DNA of 64,000 bases. Source: an uncultured Desulfurococcaceae archaeon. GTDB lineage: Archaea > Thermoproteota > Thermoprotei_A > Sulfolobales > NBVN01. Location of the stretch: positions 70,096 through 134,095 of the forward strand of contig CAZXJO010000002.1 of NCBI GenBank assembly GCA_964641155.1. Reading direction: 5' to 3'. The position numbers and the translations under genes were made by a program. The notes beneath the pieces were generated by a model. The model was not told the DNA's origin. It saw only the letters and a list, made by a program, of their open reading frames with translations, and searched no databases. Below, one piece after another: positions 26,463 through 36,985 of the stretch. Position 1 is the first letter of the stretch; the number at the start of each line of letters is the position of its first letter.

Positions 26463-27746
26463 ATGCCCGGCATTAAGCCTAAAGTCTACGTAATGCCCAT
26501 AGGTTCGACCGCATCACCTGATGTATCAAGCGATTATGAAGGTATGTTAAACTCGCTTAAGAAACTGGATGCGGAACTCGTCTTCGGCTCACCGTTAAAC
26601 GATGAGGTCAGCATCCTCCACAGGGTCGATGAGGTTAAGAAGTTAGATCTCGACGCCGCGGTGGTTCTATCACTTCATGGATTTACAGGGCATTTGCAGG
26701 CATTGTTCGTAGAGGCCTTAGGGTTACCGGCGGTTATTTGGACGTTACCTGTTAGGTATTCCCTGCCCACGGCAGCGAGCGCGGTTGGTTACCTTAGGGA
26801 GAGAGGGTTTAAGGTGAGGCTAGTTCACGGCCCACCCACAGATGCAGGAGTTATTAGAAGTATTGAGCAGTTCGTTAAGGTCGCTTCAACGGTTAGTAGA
26901 TTGGCTAAGATTAGGATAGGTGTCATAGGCGGCATTATACCCCCTATGGTTGCGTCCCATTACGATAGAACAATACTTAAGAGCAGGTTCGGAGTGGAGG
27001 TTGTCCACATACCTCTAGGCGATGTTATGAGGAGCTACAACTCAATCACCGATGAAGAAATAAGCGACAAATTCAAGGAATTAAGTTCCAAGTTCTCGGT
27101 CGAAGCCCCTGAAGATGACGTTAGGAAGGCGTTAAAACTGTACTTAGCTATTAAGAAGCTGCAGAAAACGCTGAAGCTAGATGCTGTAGCCCTAGAGTGT
27201 TATACCGAACTATTCCAGATGTTCAACGTTAATCCATGCATAGGGTATGTCGACGATGAAATCATAGGGTGCGAGGGTGAGATATTGAACGTAGTAGGAT
27301 TACTGATAGCTAAGTGGTTGTCCGGTAAGGAGGCCCTTATCTCCGATCCCTTCTCCGTCAGCAATGACGGCGTGCTAACGTTCATGCATTGCGCAGCTCC
27401 CGCATCCGTAGCGGATTCACCGTCTAAGGTTCACGTGGTGCTGAGCGAGCCGCCATCGATAATTAAAACTAGGATCCCTGTAGTCCACTGCAGGCCTGAA
27501 ATACCTTTAACCGAAGTGACGATATTCAGGATATACGGTGGGTTGATCGATAAGATCCACATCACGCGTGGTAACGTGGTCAGCTACGATATAGGTAAGG
27601 CGTTGCAGATAAATGTTAAGATAGATAACCCGTCGGGGTTCGTGAAGGAGGTCGCAGGGAATCATTACGTGATAGCTTTCGGTAACATAAGTGAGGAAGT
27701 GAAGTTAATTAGCGAGTGGTTAGGGATTAAGTACATAGAAACTTAA
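26463..27746 (+). CDS. L-fucose/L-arabinose isomerase-family-like protein (COG2407-like)
   Basis: The central IRIGVIGG segment, followed by AVALECYTELF...CIGYVDD.EIIGCEGEILNVVGLLIAKWLSGKEALISDPF...FMHCAAP, mirrors the C-W...C..../CE-D/HCG layout I recall for FucI-like proteins. Confidence 0.5.
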   Translation: MPGIKPKVYVMPIGSTASPDVSSDYEGMLNSLKKLDAELVFGSPLNDEVSILHRVDEVKKLDLDAAVVLSLHGFTGHLQALFVEALGLPAVIWTLPVRYSLPTAASAVGYLRERGFKVRLVHGPPTDAGVIRSIEQFVKVASTVSRLAKIRIGVIGGIIPPMVASHYDRTILKSRFGVEVVHIPLGDVMRSYNSITDEEISDKFKELSSKFSVEAPEDDVRKALKLYLAIKKLQKTLKLDAVALECYTELFQMFNVNPCIGYVDDEIIGCEGEILNVVGLLIAKWLSGKEALISDPFSVSNDGVLTFMHCAAPASVADSPSKVHVVLSEPPSIIKTRIPVVHCRPEIPLTEVTIFRIYGGLIDKIHITRGNVVSYDIGKALQINVKIDNPSGFVKEVAGNHYVIAFGNISEEVKLISEWLGIKYIET

Positions 27747-27758
27747 GGTGATTAAGTC

Positions 27759-30044
27759 TCATGAGCTAACCCTGCTGATCTCCCCAACGTTCTCAACTTT
27801 TATGATCTTATCTGCTATGTTCATTACACTTTCGTCGTGTGTCACCACTATTACCTGCCTTAATGACTTGCTTAGCTCCTTGATGATTTCAAACACCTGC
27901 TTCCTCCTCTCCTCGTCCAAGTAGACCGTAGGTTCATCAAGTATTAACGTTGTGGGGGCCCTACCCATAATTAGTTCAGCGAGTGCTAATCGTAACGCAA
28001 TCGAAATACCAACCCTCTCACCACCGCTTGCATTGCCTATCGGTAACTCACCGCCTAAGACCTTCACACGTATTTGGAAGTCGTCGCCGATTTCGATCGG
28101 CCTTAACCCAAGCTTAGTTAATATCCTATTAGCCCTCCTCTCCAACTCATCCCTCGCCAGCCTAGTCAGTTCCCTGGCTATCAAGCCGTTCTTACCTAGG
28201 TACCTCAAGCAGAATTCGTGAATCACGCTATACGCTTTGATTTGGGCTTCAATCTCCTTAATCCTTTTCTCGATTTCCTTTATCTCAGCATCTAAGACAT
28301 TCATCCTACCATCAACTTCCTTCAGCAACGCTTCTAACGCCTTCTTATTGCCATCAACCTCAAGTAACTTCTTGCTTATGCTTTCTGACTCGGAATTAAG
28401 TTCCCTACTTACCTCGGCCAATCTCTTTCTTGCGGAGTCTAAGTCCTTTAAATCTCGAGGCACGCCTACATTAGGAACTAGCTTAGCAAATATCTGAGCC
28501 AACCTGTCTTGAATATATGCGGCGTCCAAACCCGCGATATCTGAGGGCTGCTCTCCCTTCAAGTTGTTTAGGAATTCTAACTCACCTCTATAGCTGACTA
28601 ACTTGTTTTTAAGTGTGCTAAGGGACTCCACGCACTCGTTAAGTGATGGGGGACTCATGAAACTTTCAGCTAAGCCACTACATAGCTGGAATGCTTTATT
28701 ATTTAACTGGTTCAACTTCTCCGCAGTTTTCTGAAGAGATTTTTCTACAACTTCGGCTTTACTTATCAACTTACCCAATTCTTCGGAAGCGGTTTGAGCG
28801 ACAGCGATTTTCATCTTGCTCGCCGTATGCTCGTTACTTAACTCCTTGATTCTTTCATTCAGCTTGACGAGTTCTTGGGTTAGATGGCTCTTTATGACTG
28901 CTGGGTCGCTTATTAACGAACCACATATCGGGCATTCCCTCCTACTCTCGAGCTTTTCAACATAAACTGAGTACAGTTCTTTGAGCGCTTTAGCGTGGTT
29001 GATTGAACCTGCAAGTTCCTCACTCCTCGCTCTAAGCTGAGCTAGTAAGGTGCTTAACGATTCATAGCTGTCGACATTAACCCCTAGCTTACTTGAGGTG
29101 CCCTGCAGTAATGCCGTGATCCTACTCCTAATGGATGCTAGTTCACCAACTAAGTTCTCATGCTCCCTACGAGTTTGTAAGTAATCGTTGACATCCCATC
29201 CGTCCAGGATGGCGAGCTTAGATACTAAGTTCTCTAACTCCTTAACCCTCCGAACGATGATTAAGGGCTTCAGCTTGTCGAGCAGTTCTAAGCCCTCATT
29301 GGACAACCTTGCCTTCTCAGCTATGGTGTCGTACTTCTTCTTTAAATCCTCAATGACCTTCTCAGCTTCTAATATCTTACTCATCAACATGTTTTTCCTG
29401 GACTTAAGCTCTGACAACTCATTCTTCTTGCTGTTCAGTAGTACTTTCTCGCTTTCCAACCTACCTTCCAACCTATCCCTCTTGCTGGTGTACTTCTTAA
29501 CCACCTCTAAGGACTTCTCCAAGTAGCTGAGGCCTAGAAGTGAGAGGATCCACTCCCTCCTCTCGGAGTCGCTCACATCCACTATCTTAGTTAGCTCGTC
29601 TTGGAGTGATATCACCGTACTCCTCACAATACTCCTTAAATCCTTAGCAGTAACGGCTGTCAGACCTAAAATTCTACCGAGTTCGTTGACGACGTTCGAC
29701 ACACCAACACTCTTAACCCTCCTACCCTCCCTATCTAAGAGGTATAGGGCGGCTTGTGCCGGTGAATCAATCCATATCTCCCTGAAGACGGAGTACTTAA
29801 CCCCCCCAACGTCTAGTAAAACTTCGATTTCTCCCTTCCTCTTACCTCTCATCACTAAGAACTCCTTCTTACGTCCCCTGATGTCTATTGATGCGTCAGT
29901 GAATAACGCGGTGTAAATGGAATCTATAATGGATGATTTACCGGCGCCGTTCGGGCCCACTATAGCCACTATTCCATCCGGAAATGACACTTCGGAACTC
30001 TCATGGGATAATATGTTGGTGAGTCTTACGTGCCTGATAATCAC
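27759..30044 (-). CDS. rad50: Rad50 DNA double-strand-break repair ATPase
   Basis: Walker A is GPNGAGKSS, with long coiled coils and a zinc hook (CPICG). The signature is SGGERVGISIALRLAL and Walker B is LILDEPTVYLD. It overlaps the mre11 stop by 4 nt. Confidence 0.95.
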   Translation of the reverse strand: MIIRHVRLTNILSHESSEVSFPDGIVAIVGPNGAGKSSIIDSIYTALFTDASIDIRGRKKEFLVMRGKRKGEIEVLLDVGGVKYSVFREIWIDSPAQAALYLLDREGRRVKSVGVSNVVNELGRILGLTAVTAKDLRSIVRSTVISLQDELTKIVDVSDSERREWILSLLGLSYLEKSLEVVKKYTSKRDRLEGRLESEKVLLNSKKNELSELKSRKNMLMSKILEAEKVIEDLKKKYDTIAEKARLSNEGLELLDKLKPLIIVRRVKELENLVSKLAILDGWDVNDYLQTRREHENLVGELASIRSRITALLQGTSSKLGVNVDSYESLSTLLAQLRARSEELAGSINHAKALKELYSVYVEKLESRRECPICGSLISDPAVIKSHLTQELVKLNERIKELSNEHTASKMKIAVAQTASEELGKLISKAEVVEKSLQKTAEKLNQLNNKAFQLCSGLAESFMSPPSLNECVESLSTLKNKLVSYRGELEFLNNLKGEQPSDIAGLDAAYIQDRLAQIFAKLVPNVGVPRDLKDLDSARKRLAEVSRELNSESESISKKLLEVDGNKKALEALLKEVDGRMNVLDAEIKEIEKRIKEIEAQIKAYSVIHEFCLRYLGKNGLIARELTRLARDELERRANRILTKLGLRPIEIGDDFQIRVKVLGGELPIGNASGGERVGISIALRLALAELIMGRAPTTLILDEPTVYLDEERRKQVFEIIKELSKSLRQVIVVTHDESVMNIADKIIKVENVGEISRVSS

Positions 30045-31204
30045 TTAGCCCTCACCAACTTCTCCAGCCTACTAATGAGTTCTTGGTCGTTTGCTAGGGC
30101 GGTTATTAGGGTCTCAACGTATCCCTCATCATCGCAGCCTTTTATGATGTTTAAAACGTAGTCGGCTATTTTAGAGTCCTTTAATAAGTTATGGACTACT
30201 GTATCGAGAGTTGGTGCCGCGGTGGGTTCCTCGTAGTGGGGTTCCTCAAAATCTTCAGAGACTCCTGGGGTTTCCAATCTGTATGTAATTATCTTACCGC
30301 TATCCCTCAAATAACTTAAGTGTTCGATCATCGCCTTGGGGTTCGAGCTCAGCACGTCTTTCCCCATCACCTTAGCGTAGAGAATGGGGGGCTTAGCGAA
30401 CTCGTCGTAATTTACCTTACTCAAAACCTTGAGTAATTCATTGTACGCGCTCGCGGTGACCACCAACCATCTCCTAAACTTGCTTAATTTAACCCAATGC
30501 ACTACGGCATCTGTGGTGCTTAAGTCAATTAGGGCTACGAATCTTTCATCACCGCTTTCAAGGTAATCCAATGCCTCCGTGGACCCCGGATAAACTACCG
30601 GTGTCCCACCGTACTCAGTCTTATACCTGAGGTGGTAGTCACCCAAGGCAACGTAATTGTAGTCCCTACTCCCCAGTTCCGCTAATGAGAGATGGGCTCC
30701 CGGGATGTTTAACTCCTTAAGTAGGAGGTGAGCCATTAAAACCCTCCGAGCCGTCTCCGGTTTCCGGACCCCCCTAATTTGCACCTGCATGGTCTGCGGA
30801 TCCGCGTATGGTATGGCGGTGATGCCTAGCTCGTTGCTGCGGAGCTTAAACACATGTGTTGCCGGCTCAGCAACGGCCAACACTTTAGCCAGACCTACCT
30901 CTTCCAGAACCCTTATAGGCGATAGAGCAGATGTCTTAGGCTGGTCATGCTGTCCGGCAATGACTAAAAACCCTATGCCGTTATCCCTTAACTTCTTCAA
31001 GGACTTAAACGCGTATAAGTATGTTTGGGGATTAGGTCGGGGGTCGTCGAAGAGGTCCCCGCAATGCAGTACGGCGTCCACCCTTTCCTTAACCGCTATC
31101 TCAATAACTTCATCGAAGACTTCGTAGAAGTCTAATTCCCTCTCCCTCAGCTTGCCGGGCTTGCTTGAACCTAAATGTGTGTCAGATACGTGGAGTAACT
31201 GCAA
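30041..31204 (-). CDS. mre11: Mre11 nuclease
   Basis: Phosphoesterase motifs LLHVSDTHLG, HCGDLFD, IAGQHD, and GDYH. Confidence 0.95.
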   Translation of the reverse strand: MQLLHVSDTHLGSSKPGKLRERELDFYEVFDEVIEIAVKERVDAVLHCGDLFDDPRPNPQTYLYAFKSLKKLRDNGIGFLVIAGQHDQPKTSALSPIRVLEEVGLAKVLAVAEPATHVFKLRSNELGITAIPYADPQTMQVQIRGVRKPETARRVLMAHLLLKELNIPGAHLSLAELGSRDYNYVALGDYHLRYKTEYGGTPVVYPGSTEALDYLESGDERFVALIDLSTTDAVVHWVKLSKFRRWLVVTASAYNELLKVLSKVNYDEFAKPPILYAKVMGKDVLSSNPKAMIEHLSYLRDSGKIITYRLETPGVSEDFEEPHYEEPTAAPTLDTVVHNLLKDSKIADYVLNIIKGCDDEGYVETLITALANDQELISRLEKLVRAK

Positions 31205-31210
31205 CGCGGG

Positions 31211-32824
31211 TTACGCCTCCCATTCCTTAATCAATGACCTCCTCTCCAACGCCTTGCCTATGGATTCCCTACCTTCCCTCCAGATTTTCACGATTTCCGG
31301 GGTTACACCAGCTCTCTTACCTAGGTGTCTATCAACCCTGATATATGCGGGGTATTTACCAATCCATTCCCCCATCAATATTGCGTGTCCCGGCGGGAGT
31401 GTTGGCAAGATCTCAACATACTCATCACCTAATATGTCGGTTAGCTCCATAACGGTTGATTTATCATCCTTCTGAACCAGCTTTAGGAATGCGTAACTCT
31501 GAACCTGGGACACTACGTTGACATCCAACGCCCTAGGTCTTTGGCTAACTACCGCCAACATACCTCCGAACTTCCTCCCCTCCCTGATGAACCTCTGGAG
31601 GACGCCCTTAGATTTAGTATTGACCCCACTCCCAAGGAATATGTGTGCCTCCTCTACAACCAGTAACGTAGGTATGGGGGCGCGTTCGGTACCCCTACCC
31701 CCTTCTTTGAGGTACCATAGAAGGTCCTCCGCAACTACCTTAAGCATGAAGTCCTTGTCATCGTCCGTGAACGTGGACACGTCAATTACCACGATCTTGC
31801 CATTGCCTACCACTTCGCTGACTTTACGGGCCTCTAAGCTAATCCTATGCCACTCGAAGAAATCATCTATTTTATCCTCAACGTCCGCTAATGTTTTATC
31901 GCTGTCCCCGTCATGTCCGACATCCCTAAGGTACTTCTTGAGAACTTCCTTATACGCTTCCTTAGGGTCCTCCACTTGGGCGTTACTCGGACTCCCCTCT
32001 TTGAAGATCTCCTTCACCACTTGGGCGTAGGGCTTTCTATTCATCTTCACTCTCCCCAGTATTTCATCGTTCAACTTCCTTAACGCGTTCTTGAGAATCC
32101 TTCTTTGCCTGGTGGCAGCACCCTCAGGGATTATGAAGTTCGTGAGTAAGCTGACCGGTGTTTCCACGGGGTTTATCGCCGCATCGTAAACTACTACACT
32201 CACGTTGTCGGGGTCTTCACTAACTAGGTTGCCGTACTCGCCGTGGACATCAAATATGGCCACCGAACCACCTACTTGTGCAATCCTATCAGCTAGGACG
32301 GCTACGAGGTTACTCTTCCCCGAACCGGTTGTACCCGTAATTAGTAAGTGTTTAGCTAATGAGTTCACGTTAACACTTATTCTTAAGTTGTTGAAGCCGA
32401 CTAAGGAGCCTACTTCAACACCTGCACCGGGTTCGCAGTCGTAAATAGTCTTCAGGTGTTTAAGTTCTGCTAGGTATACAGGAGTCTCAGGCGGGGGTGG
32501 GTATTCAGGGTTGTCAGCCCGTCCCCTACTTATGTCGGCTATGATGACGGCCTTCATATAGCTCTCGCTCTTTAAGCTCCTTAGTAATGACGTTGTCTCG
32601 TACATGGGGAGGTTTGGGGTGGTTAGCACCGGCACTACTGACCTGTATAGGCAGGAACCTATGATTCCAACTACCTCCCTATCAACTTCCTCTCCGAAGC
32701 TTGACCTGTCCCTTGCCTTAAACTTGATGTAGATGTAGGTACCTGGAGGGATGGGGGTTAACGCTTTAATATCAACTTCGGTCGGTTTCGAAACCTCACC
32801 AACTATACCTATGGGTTGGCTCAT
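31211..32824 (-). CDS. herA: HerA hexameric DNA helicase/translocase
   Basis: Walker A is ITGTTGSGKSN and Walker B is LLVVEEAH. It has an N-terminal HAS-barrel-like region and lies between nurA and mre11. Confidence 0.9.
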   Translation of the reverse strand: MSQPIGIVGEVSKPTEVDIKALTPIPPGTYIYIKFKARDRSSFGEEVDREVVGIIGSCLYRSVVPVLTTPNLPMYETTSLLRSLKSESYMKAVIIADISRGRADNPEYPPPPETPVYLAELKHLKTIYDCEPGAGVEVGSLVGFNNLRISVNVNSLAKHLLITGTTGSGKSNLVAVLADRIAQVGGSVAIFDVHGEYGNLVSEDPDNVSVVVYDAAINPVETPVSLLTNFIIPEGAATRQRRILKNALRKLNDEILGRVKMNRKPYAQVVKEIFKEGSPSNAQVEDPKEAYKEVLKKYLRDVGHDGDSDKTLADVEDKIDDFFEWHRISLEARKVSEVVGNGKIVVIDVSTFTDDDKDFMLKVVAEDLLWYLKEGGRGTERAPIPTLLVVEEAHIFLGSGVNTKSKGVLQRFIREGRKFGGMLAVVSQRPRALDVNVVSQVQSYAFLKLVQKDDKSTVMELTDILGDEYVEILPTLPPGHAILMGEWIGKYPAYIRVDRHLGKRAGVTPEIVKIWREGRESIGKALERRSLIKEWEA

Positions 32825-33873
32825 AAGAACTCACCCAGCAGCTCACGTCCAGTCGGTATTGACGAAAGACCTAACTTGTAGAGAACTGTTCTAAACTCGG
32901 TGTTGCTCAGTCTACACATGTTGTGCGCTACCTTGAGGGGGTCCGGATAACCGGTGTGTGAGTATGGATATATCTCGCTCACCAACTCAACTAATTCATC
33001 AATACCTACCTTACCCGGGATGGAGATCTGATACGGCTGCGTTGACGGGTTGAAACTCACGTAGGTGATCGTCACAGGGGTAAATGGGCTTAGGTCCACG
33101 TCTAACTCGGTTAGAGGCCGTGGCAGGTTATCGCGTTCTACGTGAACTGGTTGAAGTATGTAGGGGGTTTTGGGCAACCTCCCTAACCTCCTTAAAGCGT
33201 TGATTAACATTAAGTCATTAGTAACTGCTTTAACCTTCTTCGGCACGTCATGAGACAGAAGTATGTCTGTGTAGTAGTTCCTCATAAGGGTTTTAGATAT
33301 GAATAAAGGTTTAGCAACACGCGTGACTTCTACGATGCCTGAGTAGATTTCATACCAGATATCTCTAATACTTTTATAGAAGGCTGGGTAAAAACCCTTA
33401 GGTATTTTCTTGTTGCTATAGCCCCACAAAAACGAAATGAGTGAGCCATCGAATAAGACGACTTCACCATCAGACAATAACTCAATCATTGACTTCACCT
33501 CCAAGGTTCGGGACGTAAGTTTTAAGATTCTCTCAACTAATTCGCTGGAGGCCCCACCACCGGGAGTCGGTGTGTGGTAACCTGCGAATGATTTAACGAT
33601 TAATCTACTGTCCGGCGGGTCTTTTAGGGAAGCCCTTACCGCCACTGACTGTATCGCATACACTGTGGCGAACGATAGCTTCTTAACTACCCTGCTAGAG
33701 TCGCTGGCAGCTATGTGGGACGGCTCACTCGCAGGCCGTGATTTGATGGGGTACGCGTTCACATCACGTAAAAAATTACGTAAGACATCTACCGAGCTAA
33801 CTTTACTGAGTAAGTCGCGCATAGCTGATGAGAGGTCGTTAATCAACAAATCATGTAGTGGAATCGTATACAC
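32821..33873 (-). CDS. nurA: NurA 5'-3' nuclease
   Basis: 350 aa with the N-terminal catalytic Asp context IAASDSSRV. GTG start, and a 4-nt overlap (ATGA) with herA. The operon context with herA-mre11-rad50 supports the call. Confidence 0.8.
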   Translation of the reverse strand: MYTIPLHDLLINDLSSAMRDLLSKVSSVDVLRNFLRDVNAYPIKSRPASEPSHIAASDSSRVVKKLSFATVYAIQSVAVRASLKDPPDSRLIVKSFAGYHTPTPGGGASSELVERILKLTSRTLEVKSMIELLSDGEVVLFDGSLISFLWGYSNKKIPKGFYPAFYKSIRDIWYEIYSGIVEVTRVAKPLFISKTLMRNYYTDILLSHDVPKKVKAVTNDLMLINALRRLGRLPKTPYILQPVHVERDNLPRPLTELDVDLSPFTPVTITYVSFNPSTQPYQISIPGKVGIDELVELVSEIYPYSHTGYPDPLKVAHNMCRLSNTEFRTVLYKLGLSSIPTGRELLGEFL

Positions 33874-33892
33874 CTAAATCTTAATGATGCGG

Positions 33893-33906
33893 CGTAAAAT
33901 TTAAGG
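33893..33906 (-). promoter_or_regulatory. TATA box candidate for the nurA-herA-mre11-rad50 operon
   Basis: The minus strand reads CCTTAAATTTTACG, centred about 27 nt upstream of the GTG start at 33873. This spacing is typical of archaeal leaderless transcripts. Confidence 0.4.
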
Positions 33907-34077
33907 TTATAGAGACAGGCAGCCCTCACCTCGATGCGTGTGAGAGGTTGGGTCTACGACAAGTGACACCGAGTTACGGGGAGATTAGACCGCTGCCAAC
34001 AGCAGTTTGAGATCGTGTGGGTGGAGGGGATGATGACGTTTAAATAATCAACAGCTAACGGGTTGTGGTGGAGCTGA

Positions 34078-34494
34078 CTAATCGTCTCGGCAAACATACG
34101 CTATGACCTCCACCTCAACTTCAGCACCTCTCGGGAGGTTGGATACCTCAACTAAAGACCTTGCCGGGGGATTATCCGTGAAGTACTCTGAGTAGACATC
34201 ATTGAATGCTTGGAACAGTTTGATGTCTTTAATGAATACGGTGACCTTCACAACGTCTTTAAGTGTGGCACCTCCAGCCTCTAAGATAGCCTTTATGTTC
34301 TCCAACACCCTCCTAACCTTAAGTTTAAAGTCACCTTCAATTAAGTTCCCCGTCTTCGGATCGATGGGTATTTGGCCTGAGGTGAAGAGTAGGCAGCCGG
34401 CTATAATTCCTTGGCTGTAGGGGCCTATCGGTTTCGGAGCTCCTTCGGTACTAACCGTTTTAGGCATAGGGTACCACCTCTCACACCTCAACAC
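34078..34494 (-). CDS. ridA: RidA/YjgF/TdcF family reactive-intermediate deaminase
   Basis: PIGPYSQG, FTSGQIP, and the C-terminal ARSLVEVSNLPRGAEVEVEVIA. The likely true start is ATG 34467 (MPKTVST). Confidence 0.9.
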   Translation of the reverse strand: MLRCERWYPMPKTVSTEGAPKPIGPYSQGIIAGCLLFTSGQIPIDPKTGNLIEGDFKLKVRRVLENIKAILEAGGATLKDVVKVTVFIKDIKLFQAFNDVYSEYFTDNPPARSLVEVSNLPRGAEVEVEVIAYVCRDD

Positions 34495-34551
34495 TAATAG
34501 CTAACACCAACTATTATTATTAGTTCGGATAAATACCTGAGGTGTTCCAGG

Positions 34552-35316
34552 TTGAAAATCCTCATAGTTTCAGACATACACGGGAACGCGGACGCTTTGA
34601 AATCTCTGCTGAATAGCGTTGGGGGATGGGACCAAGTCTGGGTTTTAGGTGATTTAGTTGATTATGGGCCTGAACCGCATGTAGTTGTGGAATTAGTTAA
34701 GGATCTGAGGCCAGACGTAATTATCATGGGAAATCACGACCATGCCGTAGCGTTCGGGACTGACTGTGGGTGCGCCCCCGAACTACATGAGTTAAGCGAG
34801 TACACCAGGCTCAATATATCGTTTAAGTTGTTGAGTAAGGACCAAATAGATTGGCTTAAATCCCTCCCAACAACCCGCAACATAACCGTAGACAATAGGG
34901 AGGTCTACATAGTCCACGGGTCCCCTAGGAACCCACTCTACGGGTATTTGAAACCATCACTGCCTGAGTCCGATACCTTACTAGCCCTCACCCCTCACAC
35001 ATACGCTATTAGACCCAAGCCTGTGGATGCGAACTTCGTCGTTGTTGGACACACCCACATACCTATGGACATTGAGGTTGGTGGTGTAAGGGTTTTAAAT
35101 CCCGGAAGCGTCGGTCAGCCCAGAGACGGTGATTGGAGGGCCTCAGCAGCGATACTAGATTTAAGAAAAGGTGAGTTTAAGGTCCATAGAGCCGAATATG
35201 ATGTTGGAGAGGTTGTCCGTAAGTTAAGGTCCTTAAGCCTTGACTCGAGGTACGTTACGTGGTTGGAGGGGATATTGATGAGTGGTAAGGTGGTGAAGAA
35301 GTCATTAACCTCCTGA
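34552..35316 (+). CDS. Calcineurin-like metallophosphoesterase (YfcE/MJ0936-like)
   Basis: Motifs ILIVSDIHGN, GDLVDYGP, GNHD, and VVGHTH. TTG start. Confidence 0.85.
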   Translation: MKILIVSDIHGNADALKSLLNSVGGWDQVWVLGDLVDYGPEPHVVVELVKDLRPDVIIMGNHDHAVAFGTDCGCAPELHELSEYTRLNISFKLLSKDQIDWLKSLPTTRNITVDNREVYIVHGSPRNPLYGYLKPSLPESDTLLALTPHTYAIRPKPVDANFVVVGHTHIPMDIEVGGVRVLNPGSVGQPRDGDWRASAAILDLRKGEFKVHRAEYDVGEVVRKLRSLSLDSRYVTWLEGILMSGKVVKKSLTS

Positions 35317-35367
35317 ACGTTCAATAGAGGTTAATACGTTAGCACGGTTAAACATCTCAGATGCGTC

Positions 35368-36375
35368 ATGAGGCTAGTGGACTCATACACGTTCCTGGAA
35401 AAACTTTACGACCTCATCTACAGCTTACTTGAGTTCAGAGATAGGGTAAAGGATGAAGGGAAGGAGATTATTCCGTTGAGGGTCGGCACACCATTAATCA
35501 AGTATGGCTTCATCTCCATGCTTAAAGGAGGGGTTATAGTTGATGTAACTAATGTTGATCAGGCTAGCATTGCTGAGGATTCCGGCGCTGTGGGCGTTAT
35601 GGTTTTAGACAAACTACCGTACGATGTCAGGATGGCTGGAGGTGTTGCTAGGACGGCTGATTTAAACGTTATCACGCAGGTCATGGATGCCATAACCATA
35701 CCGGTGTCAGCTAAATGTAGGATAGGACATCTGTGGGAGGCCAAGCTACTTGAGGAAGTGGGTGTTGATTTAATAGATGAGAGTGAGGTCTTAACACCAG
35801 TTGATGAGAAGGTACATATAAATAAGTGGTTGTTTAAGACACCGTTCGTTAATGGGGCTAAGAATTTGCCTGAGGCGTTGAGGCGAATACTCGAAGGTGC
35901 GTCCATGATTAGGACTAAAGGTGAGCCGGGGACAGGGAATGTTGCTGAGGCAGTAACTCATATGAAGCTCGTGAATAGGGATATAGCCCTGTTGAGGGGT
36001 TATTACGCAGCCGGTGATGTGGAGTCAATATACCTGTACTCCAAGGAGAATAAAGTTCATTTTGAAATGGCATTACTAACTGCTAAGCTGGGGAGACTTC
36101 CCGTGGTGAACTTTGCGGCCGGCGGGATCGCCACCCCAGCAGATGCTGCGTTGATGATGTGGTTGGGGGCTGACGGAGTGTTTGTTGGTTCAGGTATTTT
36201 CAAGAGTAAGGACCCTGAGGCAAGGGCTAGGGCCATAGTACTGGCTACAGTCTTTTACGACGACCCTGAGGTAGTTGTTGAAGCTCAGAAGATGGTTTCT
36301 GAGAAATCTTCAATGTTAGGGCTCGATATCAGGAACCTCAAGCCGGAGCAGTTAATGCAGGTCAGGGGTGAGTGA
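35368..36375 (+). CDS. pdxS: Pyridoxal 5'-phosphate synthase, synthase subunit PdxS
   Basis: [26 protein letters not shown], and GEPGTGNV. The ORF carries about 35 extra N-terminal residues, so the true start may be an internal TTG near 35476. Confidence 0.95.
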   Translation: MRLVDSYTFLEKLYDLIYSLLEFRDRVKDEGKEIIPLRVGTPLIKYGFISMLKGGVIVDVTNVDQASIAEDSGAVGVMVLDKLPYDVRMAGGVARTADLNVITQVMDAITIPVSAKCRIGHLWEAKLLEEVGVDLIDESEVLTPVDEKVHINKWLFKTPFVNGAKNLPEALRRILEGASMIRTKGEPGTGNVAEAVTHMKLVNRDIALLRGYYAAGDVESIYLYSKENKVHFEMALLTAKLGRLPVVNFAAGGIATPADAALMMWLGADGVFVGSGIFKSKDPEARARAIVLATVFYDDPEVVVEAQKMVSEKSSMLGLDIRNLKPEQLMQVRGE

Positions 36376-36976
36376 GTTGGTTAGGGTTGGGATTCTAGTT
36401 CTTCAAGGGGATTTCCTAGAGCATGCGCAGATGTTGAACGAAATGGCTAATGTGGAGGTTACCTTGGTCAAGAATTCAAACGACCTCAAGAACGTTGACG
36501 CACTCATAATACCTGGGGGAGAGTCCACAACCGTAGGGTCCCTGATTAAATTCAAGGGCCTTGACGAAGAAATCATAAGATTTTCTAATGAGGGGAAGCC
36601 CATAATGGGTGTCTGCGCTGGTGCTATACTGCTAGCCAGTAAGGTCTTGGACAGAGTTGTGGGGGAGGTTAACCAGCACGTGCTGGGGCTCATGAACATA
36701 GCAGTTATTAGGAACATATTTGGGAGGCAGAAACACTCCTTCATCTCCAAAGTTCACGTCGAAGGTGTGGGTGATGTGGAAGGAGTGTTCATAAGGGCTC
36801 CCGGTATTATGGAGGCTTACGAGCCTGCCAGGATAATCGGCTACCTAGAACATCCTGTTGTGGGTAGGGTGGGTGCTGTAGCTGTACAGAAATCATTACT
36901 GGCCATAACCTTCCACCCCGAGATAAATTCCGAGAAGAAGTTATATGAGTACTTCCTATCCATGGTGAGGACTTGA
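36368..36976 (+). CDS. pdxT: Pyridoxal 5'-phosphate synthase, glutaminase subunit PdxT
   Basis: PGGESTT, the nucleophile context [10 protein letters not shown], and FHPE. It overlaps the pdxS stop by 8 nt. Confidence 0.95.
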   Translation: MSELVRVGILVLQGDFLEHAQMLNEMANVEVTLVKNSNDLKNVDALIIPGGESTTVGSLIKFKGLDEEIIRFSNEGKPIMGVCAGAILLASKVLDRVVGEVNQHVLGLMNIAVIRNIFGRQKHSFISKVHVEGVGDVEGVFIRAPGIMEAYEPARIIGYLEHPVVGRVGAVAVQKSLLAITFHPEINSEKKLYEYFLSMVRT

Positions 36977-36985
36977 CCTTAGGCA

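Noticed and set aside
34030-34077. Possible C/D box sRNA (ATGATGA ... 37 nt ... CTGA) at the ridA 3' end. Similar C-box-like hits occur at 8861, 10044, 10750 and 21173.
   Set aside because: Internal D' and C' boxes are absent or very poor (CAAC / AGCTAAC), and there is no terminal stem. The spacings in the other hits are wrong (26 nt, or no D box). TGATGA and CTGA occur too often by chance to call these.
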